A DNA stretch of 32,623 nucleotides from a virus (IMGVR_UViG_3300017785_007220:1-32623); one strand, 5' to 3'; shown: positions 1 to 10,225, numbered from the stretch's first letter. The notes: generated by a model not told the origin, from the sequence alone. Made by a program: numbers and translations.

Positions 1-1
1 A

Positions 2-460
2 GCCGATGCGGCCAAGTATGCAGCGCGTCTACAGACTGAGGCCGCGAAGTCGGCGGCGAATCTGCAGGATGCGGCAGCAAAGCGGTCGCTCGGCTTCACG
101 CAGCGCCAGTCATTCCTTGACCAAGTGCGGGCGAATGCCGCAGCAAAGGCGCAGTACGGTGCGGATGTGGCTGGGAGCCAGAACGCCTACAACTTTGCTG
201 GAGACGATGCGTTCAACCAACGGGCGCAGTACTTGTCTGGGGGTCGCACGGCAAGTAAGGTGCGTGGGCAGACGACGAATCAGATGAACTACCTTCGGGA
301 TCTGATGGGCTACGGACAACCGCAAGAGGCATTGGATACGTTTGTCGAGCCGGATGCGCTGCAACGGTCTGGCCTGATTATCCCGAAAGAGATGGACTAC
401 GGCGATGACCCTGTCGATGACAGCATCGACCCCGCCACTGGAATGCCGAGGTACAAGTAA
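2..460 (+). CDS. 5'-truncated virion protein, probable DNA ejection/pilot protein
   Basis: The frame of ORF 125..460 is open back to position 2 (ADAAKYAARLQTEAAKSAANLQDAAAKRSLGF...). It is Ala/Gln-rich and helical, and its stop overlaps the next ATG (TAATG) at the head of the ejection-protein cluster. Confidence 0.6.
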   Translation, partial: ADAAKYAARLQTEAAKSAANLQDAAAKRSLGFTQRQSFLDQVRANAAAKAQYGADVAGSQNAYNFAGDDAFNQRAQYLSGGRTASKVRGQTTNQMNYLRDLMGYGQPQEALDTFVEPDALQRSGLIIPKEMDYGDDPVDDSIDPATGMPRYK

Positions 461-1836
461 TGGGTATCGTATACGATGCCGACGGCAATGCATCTTACGT
501 GGATGACGGAAACGATTCCACGACGGGGTCGGGGAATTCGTCTGCGGCACCGCCATTAAGACCGGAGGATACCCCCAATGAGATTAAAAATCGAAAATAC
601 GCGCTGCGGGAGGTGTTCTGGCAGTATCGGTTTCGACTGCCGACGCAAGCAGAGTTTGACCAATACGCCACGTCTCAGGGCCGGTTAACGCCTCAGAGCG
701 CGTGGGGTCCGACGTTAGCGGCAATTAAGGCAGATCCGGATTCTGTCTTTGCGATACGAGAGTACGGGAACAAGAAGATCAACACAACACCCCTCCCTTC
801 GGGAGAGGGCTTTGCCGAGTCTGAAGATGTTGATCCTCGCGCCACTGGTGAACAAAAGCCGCCGGGAGACACTACTACTAGGGGAGCACCGAACCTCAAT
901 CGCGAGGTGCTTCTCGGCCAGATCCGTGCAGATGCCACAAAGCAAGGGATCACGCTCACGCCAGAGCGTGAGGAGTATTGGATTGGGAAGGCGTCTCAGC
1001 CTGACCTCTATTCCGATGGCAAGTGGCGCGTGGGCTGGAACCCCTATTGGGCCGCAAAGCTTGGCGGTGCCACCTCGGCGGACCCGGCACTAGCGGGGTC
1101 TGCAGGCATTGTTGCTGCGCCTGCCGGATACGTCGGCGGCGGATCATCTGAGTCTGGCACTGCCTCATCGGCAGAAACCCCCGCCGCTAGGGCGGCACGT
1201 CTCGCCACCTTTGGGCTGGGTCCGGAAGGGTTGCAGAACCAGCGTCCCGGCGAGATGCCCACGCCGCCTACATTGGGCGACATGATGGGCCAGCAGGGAC
1301 CGATTGCCAACCCCGGCACGTATACGCCCGGTGAAGCCTATAACGCGCCGGACTACATGGCTCCTGCACCGTTTGCGGCACCGACGGCGGCAGAGATGGG
1401 GCAAGACCCCGGCTACCAGTTCCGTCTGAGCGAAGGCCAGAAGGCGCTGGAGCGGTCTGGGGCGGCGCGTGGGGTCACCAATACCGGTGGCAACATGAAG
1501 GGGCTGTTGGACTACGGCCAGCAAGCGGCGTCTCAGGAGTACGGGAACGTCTACGACCGGAACCTGAACACGTACAACACCAACGCGCAGAATGCCTTTC
1601 AACAGTACTCCACCAATGCGTTGAAGAATAACGCCTTCAACACGGAGACGGAAGGGCGACGGTCTGGCGCGTTTGGCACCAACACGGGTTTGTATCAACA
1701 GCAACAAACGGACGCGTACAATCGGCGGCAGAAATCGTACGATGATGCGATGGCCGCGTATCAGACCAAGTTCAACAACCAACGTCAGTACGAGCGTGAT
1801 CGCGCCAATGACTTGTACCGAGTGGCGGGCATCTAA
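460..1836 (+). CDS. DNA transfer/ejection (pilot) protein, 458 aa
   Basis: Contains DPGYQFRLSEGQKALERSGAARG...LLDYGQQAASQEYGN, a motif I recognise from podovirus DNA-transfer proteins. Asn/Gln-rich C-terminus; TAATG-coupled on both sides. Confidence 0.7.
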   Translation: MGIVYDADGNASYVDDGNDSTTGSGNSSAAPPLRPEDTPNEIKNRKYALREVFWQYRFRLPTQAEFDQYATSQGRLTPQSAWGPTLAAIKADPDSVFAIREYGNKKINTTPLPSGEGFAESEDVDPRATGEQKPPGDTTTRGAPNLNREVLLGQIRADATKQGITLTPEREEYWIGKASQPDLYSDGKWRVGWNPYWAAKLGGATSADPALAGSAGIVAAPAGYVGGGSSESGTASSAETPAARAARLATFGLGPEGLQNQRPGEMPTPPTLGDMMGQQGPIANPGTYTPGEAYNAPDYMAPAPFAAPTAAEMGQDPGYQFRLSEGQKALERSGAARGVTNTGGNMKGLLDYGQQAASQEYGNVYDRNLNTYNTNAQNAFQQYSTNALKNNAFNTETEGRRSGAFGTNTGLYQQQQTDAYNRRQKSYDDAMAAYQTKFNNQRQYERDRANDLYRVAGI

Positions 1837-3281
1837 TGGCGTTTAACTTTCAGGCGTATCGCAACCCGTACGTCAGCACCATTGCCGACCTGTTGAGCCG
1901 TGGCGAGGACGCCAAGGCGAAGGCGCTGGTCGATGTGGCCAGTGCCCAGGCACGAGCCGCAGAGGCGCGTGGACAGGCCTATGGCGGGGCGATTGAGAGC
2001 GTGGGCAAAATCGTTGGCGGTATCCCCGCGCAGATTCAGGCCAACAAGCGACAGGCGCTGAACGACCGGTTGACGCTGGCAAACATTACGCAGACGGATG
2101 CTGAGAACAAGCGGCTTGCGGGCGAAGCCGACGACAGAGCCGCGTTTGACTTTGCCGGTTCTCCCGGCGCGGCGGTTGAGGAAGGCTTTACTGGGCCACT
2201 TCCCGCAGGCTCGCCAATGCCGACGCGTGATCAAACCCTTGCGAGACTCCCGCCTCGGTTGCGTCAGCAGGCGAACAAATCGTATGCGGAACTTGATGAA
2301 AGCGCGCAGCGCATTGCGGCAAGCAAGGCCGCGGAGGCGGAGAACCAAGCGCAGACAGCAGTAATTGCGGCCGCGTCTCTAGACAAACAGCGAGAATACG
2401 TAAGCGACCTTGCTAATCAGCTTCGTCAGTATGGCGGCAGCATGGACTCCATTCAGCGCGCCTATGACCATGCCAAAAACTCAGGCCTTGATCCCAAGGC
2501 AATGGCTCAAGTAGACGCAATGTATGAGCAATTGAAGTCCGCGCCTACGGACGCAGAACGGGCACAAATTGTGAATACCGTTCCGCTTCATCCCAACACG
2601 CAAGCACGAAATCTTGCCAAGACTAAGGAAGAGAACGACGCGGCTCAAGCGGCCGCTACACTGAAAGCAACAGAAGCGCAGAGGCTGGCCGCGGACGAAT
2701 TTAAGCGACTGTCGCTACAGGACAGAGCGGATGCACGCGAAGCCAAAACCGAATACAAGAGAGAAACAGACGCGGCCAAGGACCAACTCAAGGCGCAAGA
2801 AAACGTCGGCGAGATCGCCGCCGACGAACAGAAGCTGTATGCCGCACTAGAACTGCGCGCGCCATTGACGTTTGGCGGTCAGGGCATGGGCGTAGACCTC
2901 TCATCTAGCCAAAGCGATCCCGAAGCAGCGGCGGCGCTTCAAAGCATAGTCACGCAGAGCGGCTCGACGGCAAGCGCGAGACGGCGATTGACGGAGGTAG
3001 AGTTTATTAACGCCAAGAACGAGATTGATAAGAGTATCCGGGTGCGATACGGGCTCCCGCCCAGGAGTGTGCCTAGGTATGGGATGGATCAGTTACCGTC
3101 GGCGAGCGTTATCGGACCACGTCAACCCAACATTGGTTCAAGGCCAAATACGGGGCAATTCGGCACACTGTTGCCAGCGGGCGGCGGCATGGTGCGTATG
3201 ATAGCGCCAAACGGACAAGAGAAAGACGTTCCAGCCGACCAAGTTGCCGGGTTTGAACGCGCCGGCGCGAAGAGGAAATAA
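1836..3281 (+). CDS. DNA ejection protein (positional equivalent of P22 gp20), 481 aa
   Basis: Ala/Gln/Glu-rich coiled-coil protein between the pilot gene and the giant internal virion gene. C-terminal motif MVRMIAPNGQEKDVPADQV. Confidence 0.6.
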   Translation: MAFNFQAYRNPYVSTIADLLSRGEDAKAKALVDVASAQARAAEARGQAYGGAIESVGKIVGGIPAQIQANKRQALNDRLTLANITQTDAENKRLAGEADDRAAFDFAGSPGAAVEEGFTGPLPAGSPMPTRDQTLARLPPRLRQQANKSYAELDESAQRIAASKAAEAENQAQTAVIAAASLDKQREYVSDLANQLRQYGGSMDSIQRAYDHAKNSGLDPKAMAQVDAMYEQLKSAPTDAERAQIVNTVPLHPNTQARNLAKTKEENDAAQAAATLKATEAQRLAADEFKRLSLQDRADAREAKTEYKRETDAAKDQLKAQENVGEIAADEQKLYAALELRAPLTFGGQGMGVDLSSSQSDPEAAAALQSIVTQSGSTASARRRLTEVEFINAKNEIDKSIRVRYGLPPRSVPRYGMDQLPSASVIGPRQPNIGSRPNTGQFGTLLPAGGGMVRMIAPNGQEKDVPADQVAGFERAGAKRK

Positions 3282-6200
3282 ATGCCTCAAGACTGGTTCG
3301 AGGAACACGCAGCGCCGCCCGTAGACGATTGGTTTGCAGCAGTTGCGCCTGAGGTGCAGCGAACCCTTTTGCGCGGCAAGACGTGGACGGAGTCTGGCAC
3401 CGACTTGGGCGTGTCCGTCGCAAAGGGCGTTGCGGGGACCGGGCAGGCGGTTGTTGGCCTTGCTGACTTAGTCTCTGAAGGCGGAGCGGGAAGGCTCGTT
3501 GATAAAACCCTTGGGTCGTATTCCCCCCGCGCGATACAGGCGTCGTTGGACGAGCGCCTCAGTGACGCGGCCAAGCGCGAAAATGAAGAGTTTCGCTCGG
3601 CGAGCGGGATAGCCGCCAAGATCGGCGCAGTCATTCGCAATCCTGCGATGGCCCTACGCACGGGCGCTGAATCTATACCATTGCTTGTGGGTGGAGCGGG
3701 CGTGGCGCGCCTTGGCATCAAAGCCCTAGGGATGCGTGCCGCGTACGCGGCGGCAGCATCAGAAGGCCTGCTGGCCACAGGGTCCGCCGCAGAACAGACG
3801 CGCGAAACAACGGGCACCCTCACGGCGTCACAGGCCGGGAAGGCCGTGGCGTCTGGCGCACTCACTGCGGTACTCGGCGTGGTGGGCGGGAAATTTGCGG
3901 AGCGACTGGGGTTTGTTGACCCTGACGTGTATTTGGCGACACTTGCCGCACCGACCACACGAAAGGGTGTGATTCGACAGGCGCTAGGGTCTGCCGTCTC
4001 AGAAGGGTTCTTGGAAGAATTGCCCCAGAGCGTGCAGGAGCAGGTCTTCCAGAACTCCGCATCGAACAGGCCGCTATCGGAGGGCGTTAGCGAGGCTGCG
4101 GTCCTTGGGACCATCACCGGTGGCGTCTTGGGCGCTGGAGGGTCTGTTGTTTCGAGCACAAGGGACGCATTAGGGAGACGCACACCAGCTCCCCCGCCTG
4201 CTCTCAATGCGCCGCCAATTACCCCCGCTGTGGTGGCGCCTCCCGCTGTGGTGGCGCCTCCCGCTGTGGTGGCGCCCCCTGTGGCGGTAGCTCCTCCGGT
4301 AGAAACAGCGCCCCCTGTTGAGGCTGCGCGTCCCGCGACGGTTGTGCCTCCAGCCAGTGGTGTCGTTCCGTCGTCGGCCACTGGACTTGACACGTGGCGA
4401 CGGGTGGGAAACTCAAACTCTTTGGTGCGTATTGGGTCAGGTGATGACCTCAACGCAACCGATGCAGAGCGCGCGGCCTACAGGGCCACGCGGAAGGCTG
4501 ACCGTACCAGAGTCAAACAACCCACAGCTGCGGTTCCCACTCTTGGCCAAGACGCATACGACGCCCAATTTCGATGGCAGGACAATGGCGCAGGTCGCCC
4601 AAGGACGAAAGTCCGTATTGGGTCGGAGTCGGACAAGGCGGCGACGCCGGAAGAGCGCGCCTCGTATGAGGCCGCGCGGTCGACCGGTGCGCAAAGTCTA
4701 CGGGGTTCTCAAGATGTGAACCTCCCGCAGACCGAGGCGTCTTCTGTGGCGAACACGGAGCGTAATGCGACCGCGGCGCCGCCAACGGAAACAATCAACC
4801 AGTTTGGTGAAACCGAGCCGTTTATTCCTTACTCTGCGTCACTGCCGCCCCCGACCACGCCGCCAATCGCAGCCGTGCCGTTTACGTTAGAGAGAGAAGT
4901 CGACACAGGCGGGAAACAGCAACCACCACTGCCGCTGAACGAGGAGACGCCAGTTATCTCCCCTCCGCTGACAAGGAAGGAAGAACAAGCACAGGGGCGC
5001 AGGGAAAGGCTTGTTGATAAAAGCAAGCCATTTGAAAGGCACCCGTCTGATGTCGAGGCTATCGCGACAGGTGGTGAGGTTCAACAGAGCTATTCAGTGC
5101 CGAGCCTCGGTCCTCTGGGCGGGAGACGGCCAGAAACCACGGAAGATGCGGACACGCGGCTTGATCAGCACACTGAAACCTTAGCCCTCTGGCTGGAGCA
5201 AAAAGCCCTCCGGGATGGCGCGGTGCCAGCAGAGATTGATCAGCCCCGGTTGCGACAGATGGCAACGGACCACATCGAACGGGGCCGCATAGAGAGCGAG
5301 GAAGACGCCGACCCCAAGGAGCTCTTAAGGCTGATCGCAAAGAAGGGCGGTATCAATCCCGAAATCGATCTCAAAGGAGAGATCGCTCAACTTCGGGAGA
5401 CGGGAAAGCGGGGCCCCATTACTCTCCTCTTTGGTGGCGTACCGGGCGTGTTTAAGAAAACTGGAGTGTCTCTTGATGTAATGCTGACAGATATCCGCGG
5501 CGACGAAGCGAATACGAGATTTGCCCGCGCGGCCGAATCGGCGACGAGCTTGATCGAGGCTATGCGCGTCGCGGAAAATGCGGCCCGGTCTGCGTCGAAC
5601 GTGTTCCTCGGGAGTCGCGGCCTGCTACGGAGCAGTGAGGCTGAATGGTGGAAGAACCCCGTCAACAGCACGCGTAACAGTGCAGATCTCGGCGATGCAG
5701 ATCTTAAGCAGATGTCTCAGACTGAGTCCAGCAACGCGAACGAGGACGCCCCCGGCGACGCGAACGAGGAAGGTCCTGTCAACGTGGACGAGGACGACCC
5801 CGTCAATGTGAACGAGGACGACCCCGTGCCGTTTGATTCACGAGGGGGCGCTATACAAGACCCCGTTGTCCCCGCGCGAAAGATGCCGAAGCGAGTGGTT
5901 GCCTCACGCGCACCCGGTCAGGGGGCTGTCCCCCCGCTTACACGCGCGATAAAGCCCAGCGAAATCCTCGCTGAGTTTAAGCGCGGGCTGAATGAGGCGA
6001 CGGCGGGGAAAGGGCCATCGGTCAACGTTGGGCGGTTGTCACAGCGCGCGCAAGGCCTCTACTACACCTTCGCGCGGGCCATCCGCATGCTCGTGGCCAA
6101 CGAGACGGGGACGTTTTTCCACGAACACGGGCATCACTTAGACTTTGCGCTGTTTAAGATTCCCGTGAAGAACTCCGCCTGGTCTGGCGAATTGTTGCGA

Positions 6201-9200
6201 CTGGGCGAGCCGACTTCCGAGCGCCGCTACACGCCAGCGCAGAAACTTCGCGAGGGCGCGGCGGAGTTTTTCCGTCGCTATGTGCAAGAGCGGGACACCC
6301 TTAATCAGGGGCCGTTTAGCGCGCCGAACTACCTGCAAGAGTTTGAGAAGCGCCTTGCTGAGATACCCGCGCTGCAAAAGATCGTGCTTGCTGCGCAGAA
6401 GAGCTACGCCGATCTTACGCGCCAAACGCCCGCTGACCAGTTTCGGTTGCAGGTGAATTTCGATAAGCCGCCGAGCGTGTTCCGTCGAGTCATGGACGCG
6501 TTGGCGTCGCCAACAAAGCGTACCGAGGCCTTTCAACGACTGCGGATGCACATCCAGACCGACCAAGCCGGTCTAGACGATGTGTCTGAAACCCTAGCAC
6601 TGGAACAGGCTAAAGACAGGCTAGACGCCGCGATAGCCTCGACGCCGCCAAAGAAGCTGAAAGGCAAGGCGCTCGCGGACTGGCAGCAAGACAAGGCGGA
6701 GACCATCCGTACGTTGACGGAGGACATTAAGAGTGGAGACCCAGAAAGGCTTTTGCCGGCCTCAGAGAACGCCTCGCTTCTGACGCAAATTTCCGCTGGA
6801 TACGCGGGGATAGCGCAATCGTATATAGAGGACGGCGTACGAGACGCCAACAACAAGATTATTGCTCGTTCGTTGGAAAAGGTGCTTGCGCCGGTTTCAA
6901 AAACCGAAGACATGCTTCAGGAGTTCCAACGCTACCTTGTCGCGAAGCGTGCGCTTGTCAACCTGAGTCGGGGAATCAATCCGGGCGTCACCGCACAGCA
7001 AGCACGGGAATTTATTCAAGAAATACAAGCGCGCCCGGACTTTGCCGAGTTTGAGGCGGCGGCGAAGGGGGTATACGAATTCCAAGCGGCAATGCTGATG
7101 CTCCTTCGGCAATCAGGGATGCTGTCGGATAAGGCCCTCCTCGCCATTACGCGTGCAAGCGAGGCCTACGTGCCTCTACAACGAGTGATGAGCGCATGGG
7201 AATCGAACCCAAGCGGAGGGTCTCGCGGGATTGCCAACAAGCGCGCGCCAGTCCGGCGTCAGTTTGGGTCAGGCCTAGACGTGGTGGCCCCGCTCGAAGG
7301 CGTCTTGGGCAACGTGTATTTGTTTGCAAAAGCCATTGCTAGCAACACGGCGGCGCAAGCGTTGGTGCGGCAAGCCGCAAACACGCAGGGAGCAGGGCGA
7401 TTCCTTGTAAAGGTGAGTCCAGACCTGCAACGCACGCGGTTCCGGCTTGACGAACTAAAAGCGCAAGTGCAAGACGCGATGCGCGCGGCGCTGGATGAGG
7501 TGGGGATTGACCCTTACCACATTGATGAGGCTTCAGAGGCGCTCGATTTGAGCGAGATGGTGAGCGTGTTCCGGCCTGTTTCGGAAGCGAATTCAAAAGA
7601 CCACATCATCCGAGTCCTTGGCGCCGACCCTCGCAAGCCGGGCGTTCCCACGTACTGGCAGGTGAATAACCAGTCGTTGTGGGACTCCATCAAGACCTCT
7701 GGAATCGTCCCAACGTCTCAATTGATGAAGCTGTCGGAATACGCGACACAGTTGCTGCGGAGCGCCGCCACGCTCACCTATGGATTCATTGCGCGCAATC
7801 CGGTTCGGGATGCGATGACGGCGTTTATTCAATCTCGACATGGGCACATTGCTGGGGTCGACACCATCATTGGGCTGATGGAACTCCTGCGTGGCAGCAG
7901 CATTTCGAGGGGCTTGCTTGGCGATAGCGCTTCGCGGGATTTGTTTTATGCGCATGGCATTACTCAGGCCACGCTTGCGGGGGCGGATCGCTCCGACAAA
8001 CAGAAGACGCTCGCCCATATCACTAAGTCCACGACGACGAAGATGAAGGACATCCTTATCAATCCGCGCGACTATCCAGAAGCCGTGATTGATTTCCTGT
8101 CCAAGTTTTCGGCAACGCTTGAAGCCGCAACGCGATTGGGAGAATTCAAGCTGGCGTTAGAGGCTGGCGGACAAAAGCAAGGCATTTTCAAGCGGTTAAC
8201 TAGCACGAAGATGGGTCCGAGCGAATGGACGCCCGACATTGTGTTGTCAGCGGTGTTGGCCGCGCGCATGATCACCACGGACTTCTCACGAGCCGGGATT
8301 ACGGGACGCCAGATTAACAAGCACACCGCGTTTTTCAACGCGGAAGTGCAGGGATGGGCGCGTCTTATAGAAACCTTCAACACCGATCCGATTGGCGCAA
8401 GCCTTCGCATTGGTGCCCTGGGGTTGATGTCGATGGCGTTGGCGATTTGGCATCTTGACGATGACGAGTACGACCAGATTGCGGAATGGGAAAAGCACGC
8501 GTATTGGCATGTGCGCGTTGGCGACAACTTTGTCAAACTCCCAAAGCCGTTTCAATACGCCTACGTCCCCGATTTGATAGAAGCGTCCGTGCTGTACCTT
8601 GCGCGCCACGACCCTAGCCGGTTGGAGCAAATGAAGAAGTATTTCACGGGCGAAAGCCTGCAATCGGCTGTGTTTAGCCGGTTACCGACTGTACTGTTGC
8701 CCATTCTTGAAGTGGGATCGAATTACAGCAGCTTTCGCGATACCGAGATTGTGCGTCCGTGGGACAAAGACGGTGTGGCCAGCGACCTGCAATACAACGA
8801 ATTCACCAGCGAGACCGCTAAGCTGTTGGGAAAGGTCATGCCCCTCGCCCCCGCATTGATTGACCACCTTATTTTCGGCTATACCGCTGGGTTTGGGCGC
8901 GGCGTGGTCGAAGGCGTAGACATGGGGTTGCGCGCGACAGGCATAGTGCCCGGTAATCGACGCCCGACGACTCCGAGCCAAGCGCGTGTTTTTACTGGCG
9001 CGTTTGTCCGGGATGCAAAATTCTCCCTGTCTGGCAGAGACATTCAGAACATCTACGACTACGCCGATGCGATTAAAGTGCTAAAGGCGAGCGCAAAACG
9101 CGATGTGGAGACTGGCGACGTCGCGAGCGCCTTGCGCCGTGTCCAAGACGCGAGCACAAAGCCGTGGTTTGCCCGTAGGGAACTGATTCTTGACACGCAA

Positions 9201-9371
9201 AAAGAATTTTCAAAGCTTGGGGCGTCAGCCAAGCGCGTCTATGCGTTGCCGCCTGAGCAGGCCAGCCCTGCAATGAAGCGGCGGATGCTTGACCTGATTG
9301 CCGAGCAGATGTTTATTTTGTCCGCCCGAGCACTGGGACGACCCATCCATCAAAAGAAAAAGGGACAATAA
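3282..9371 (+). CDS. Large polyvalent internal virion/ejection protein, 2029 aa (zincin-like HExxH domain; C-terminal LPD38-like domain)
   Basis: Gly/Ala-rich hydrophobic N-terminus with EGFLEELPQ motif. TFFHEHGHHLD...EGAAEFF metallopeptidase-like motif near 6120-6270. EWEKHAYWHV...LPKPFQY...PILEVGSNYSSFRDTEIV...TSETAKLLG...PALIDHLIFGYTAGFG resembles LPD38 (about 8450-8950). Confidence 0.75.
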   Translation: MPQDWFEEHAAPPVDDWFAAVAPEVQRTLLRGKTWTESGTDLGVSVAKGVAGTGQAVVGLADLVSEGGAGRLVDKTLGSYSPRAIQASLDERLSDAAKRENEEFRSASGIAAKIGAVIRNPAMALRTGAESIPLLVGGAGVARLGIKALGMRAAYAAAASEGLLATGSAAEQTRETTGTLTASQAGKAVASGALTAVLGVVGGKFAERLGFVDPDVYLATLAAPTTRKGVIRQALGSAVSEGFLEELPQSVQEQVFQNSASNRPLSEGVSEAAVLGTITGGVLGAGGSVVSSTRDALGRRTPAPPPALNAPPITPAVVAPPAVVAPPAVVAPPVAVAPPVETAPPVEAARPATVVPPASGVVPSSATGLDTWRRVGNSNSLVRIGSGDDLNATDAERAAYRATRKADRTRVKQPTAAVPTLGQDAYDAQFRWQDNGAGRPRTKVRIGSESDKAATPEERASYEAARSTGAQSLRGSQDVNLPQTEASSVANTERNATAAPPTETINQFGETEPFIPYSASLPPPTTPPIAAVPFTLEREVDTGGKQQPPLPLNEETPVISPPLTRKEEQAQGRRERLVDKSKPFERHPSDVEAIATGGEVQQSYSVPSLGPLGGRRPETTEDADTRLDQHTETLALWLEQKALRDGAVPAEIDQPRLRQMATDHIERGRIESEEDADPKELLRLIAKKGGINPEIDLKGEIAQLRETGKRGPITLLFGGVPGVFKKTGVSLDVMLTDIRGDEANTRFARAAESATSLIEAMRVAENAARSASNVFLGSRGLLRSSEAEWWKNPVNSTRNSADLGDADLKQMSQTESSNANEDAPGDANEEGPVNVDEDDPVNVNEDDPVPFDSRGGAIQDPVVPARKMPKRVVASRAPGQGAVPPLTRAIKPSEILAEFKRGLNEATAGKGPSVNVGRLSQRAQGLYYTFARAIRMLVANETGTFFHEHGHHLDFALFKIPVKNSAWSGELLRLGEPTSERRYTPAQKLREGAAEFFRRYVQERDTLNQGPFSAPNYLQEFEKRLAEIPALQKIVLAAQKSYADLTRQTPADQFRLQVNFDKPPSVFRRVMDALASPTKRTEAFQRLRMHIQTDQAGLDDVSETLALEQAKDRLDAAIASTPPKKLKGKALADWQQDKAETIRTLTEDIKSGDPERLLPASENASLLTQISAGYAGIAQSYIEDGVRDANNKIIARSLEKVLAPVSKTEDMLQEFQRYLVAKRALVNLSRGINPGVTAQQAREFIQEIQARPDFAEFEAAAKGVYEFQAAMLMLLRQSGMLSDKALLAITRASEAYVPLQRVMSAWESNPSGGSRGIANKRAPVRRQFGSGLDVVAPLEGVLGNVYLFAKAIASNTAAQALVRQAANTQGAGRFLVKVSPDLQRTRFRLDELKAQVQDAMRAALDEVGIDPYHIDEASEALDLSEMVSVFRPVSEANSKDHIIRVLGADPRKPGVPTYWQVNNQSLWDSIKTSGIVPTSQLMKLSEYATQLLRSAATLTYGFIARNPVRDAMTAFIQSRHGHIAGVDTIIGLMELLRGSSISRGLLGDSASRDLFYAHGITQATLAGADRSDKQKTLAHITKSTTTKMKDILINPRDYPEAVIDFLSKFSATLEAATRLGEFKLALEAGGQKQGIFKRLTSTKMGPSEWTPDIVLSAVLAARMITTDFSRAGITGRQINKHTAFFNAEVQGWARLIETFNTDPIGASLRIGALGLMSMALAIWHLDDDEYDQIAEWEKHAYWHVRVGDNFVKLPKPFQYAYVPDLIEASVLYLARHDPSRLEQMKKYFTGESLQSAVFSRLPTVLLPILEVGSNYSSFRDTEIVRPWDKDGVASDLQYNEFTSETAKLLGKVMPLAPALIDHLIFGYTAGFGRGVVEGVDMGLRATGIVPGNRRPTTPSQARVFTGAFVRDAKFSLSGRDIQNIYDYADAIKVLKASAKRDVETGDVASALRRVQDASTKPWFARRELILDTQKEFSKLGASAKRVYALPPEQASPAMKRRMLDLIAEQMFILSARALGRPIHQKKKGQ
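4224..4277 (+). repeat. 3 x 18-bp in-frame tandem repeat (PAVVAP) in a Pro-rich linker
   Basis: cccgctgtggtggcgcct three times (last base differs in copy 3), followed by degenerate copies. Confidence 0.9.
5733..5828 (+). repeat. 4 x 24-bp degenerate in-frame tandem repeat (acidic NxxEDDPV unit)
   Basis: aacgcgaacgaggacgcccccggc / gacgcgaacgaggaaggtcctgtc / aacgtggacgaggacgaccccgtc / aatgtgaacgaggacgaccccgtg. Confidence 0.85.
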
Positions 9372-9376
9372 CGATC

Positions 9377-10225
9377 ATGGCAGGCACACTCACTCCGACG
9401 CCCTACCAGACCGTCCTCGACGCGGATGGCGTGGCCGTCTCCGGGGCGCTGATCTACACCTATACCGGCGGGACGACGACTGCCGCGTCCACGTATACAA
9501 CCGCGGACTTATCCGTGGCGAACAGCAACCCCATCGTGGCCGACTCGGGCGGGCGCTATGTCGCCTACCTTGCGGCGGGGTCTAACATGCGGTTCGTCAT
9601 CAAGACCGCCGCAGGGGCCACGCTGGAAGACCAGGACAACATCTTGGCGGTCCCCGGCGCGGCGGTCAACTTGGACATCCAAGGGACCGTCGGACAGGCC
9701 GTGACGGCGGGACAGGTCTGCTACTTATCGTCTGGCGCAGAGGCCGTGCCGCTGACGGCGGGGCTGTGGTATCTGACCGATGCGGACTTTGCGGTCAGCA
9801 GCACGTCTTGTCAGGCGATTGGCGTGGCGGTCAGTGCCATTCCCATTAACACGGCGGGCACGATTCGTCTGGCAGGGATTGTCTCGACCGCCTCAGCGGT
9901 GGTGACGGGCAGCACGTATTATGTGTCGGCCACGGCTGGAGATATTACGACGACGGCTCCCGCGTCGTCGCGGACGGTGGGTGTCGCGACGACGACCTCC
10001 ACGCTCTTGCTGGCGGCGACGACAGCCGTGTCGCTGTTGCCCAACCCCATCACGCAAGACCTGTTGTTTGTCGATGCCACGTATGATATTGGCAAGTCGG
10101 GAGCGAGTCGCCCGCGTGACCTCTTCCTGAGTCGCAACGAGACGGTTGGCGGTACACTGCTTGTCACTGGTGGCATCAAAACGCCATTGAATGTCTATCT
10201 CGATACCATGTTTGGAGGCTTCTAA
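9377..10225 (+). CDS. Tail fibre/spike anchor protein with N-terminal head-binding-like domain, 282 aa
   Basis: N-terminal LDADGVAVSGALIYTYTGGTTT..TY......NSNPIVADSGGR is typical of podovirus tail-attachment domains. Thr/Ala/Val-rich, with a DATYDIGKSGASRPR fibre-like motif. Confidence 0.7.
   Translation: MAGTLTPTPYQTVLDADGVAVSGALIYTYTGGTTTAASTYTTADLSVANSNPIVADSGGRYVAYLAAGSNMRFVIKTAAGATLEDQDNILAVPGAAVNLDIQGTVGQAVTAGQVCYLSSGAEAVPLTAGLWYLTDADFAVSSTSCQAIGVAVSAIPINTAGTIRLAGIVSTASAVVTGSTYYVSATAGDITTTAPASSRTVGVATTTSTLLLAATTAVSLLPNPITQDLLFVDATYDIGKSGASRPRDLFLSRNETVGGTLLVTGGIKTPLNVYLDTMFGGF

Noticed and set aside
3287-4453. 388-aa minus-strand ORF
   Set aside because: Antisense shadow of the giant virion gene; its composition mirrors the sense codons.
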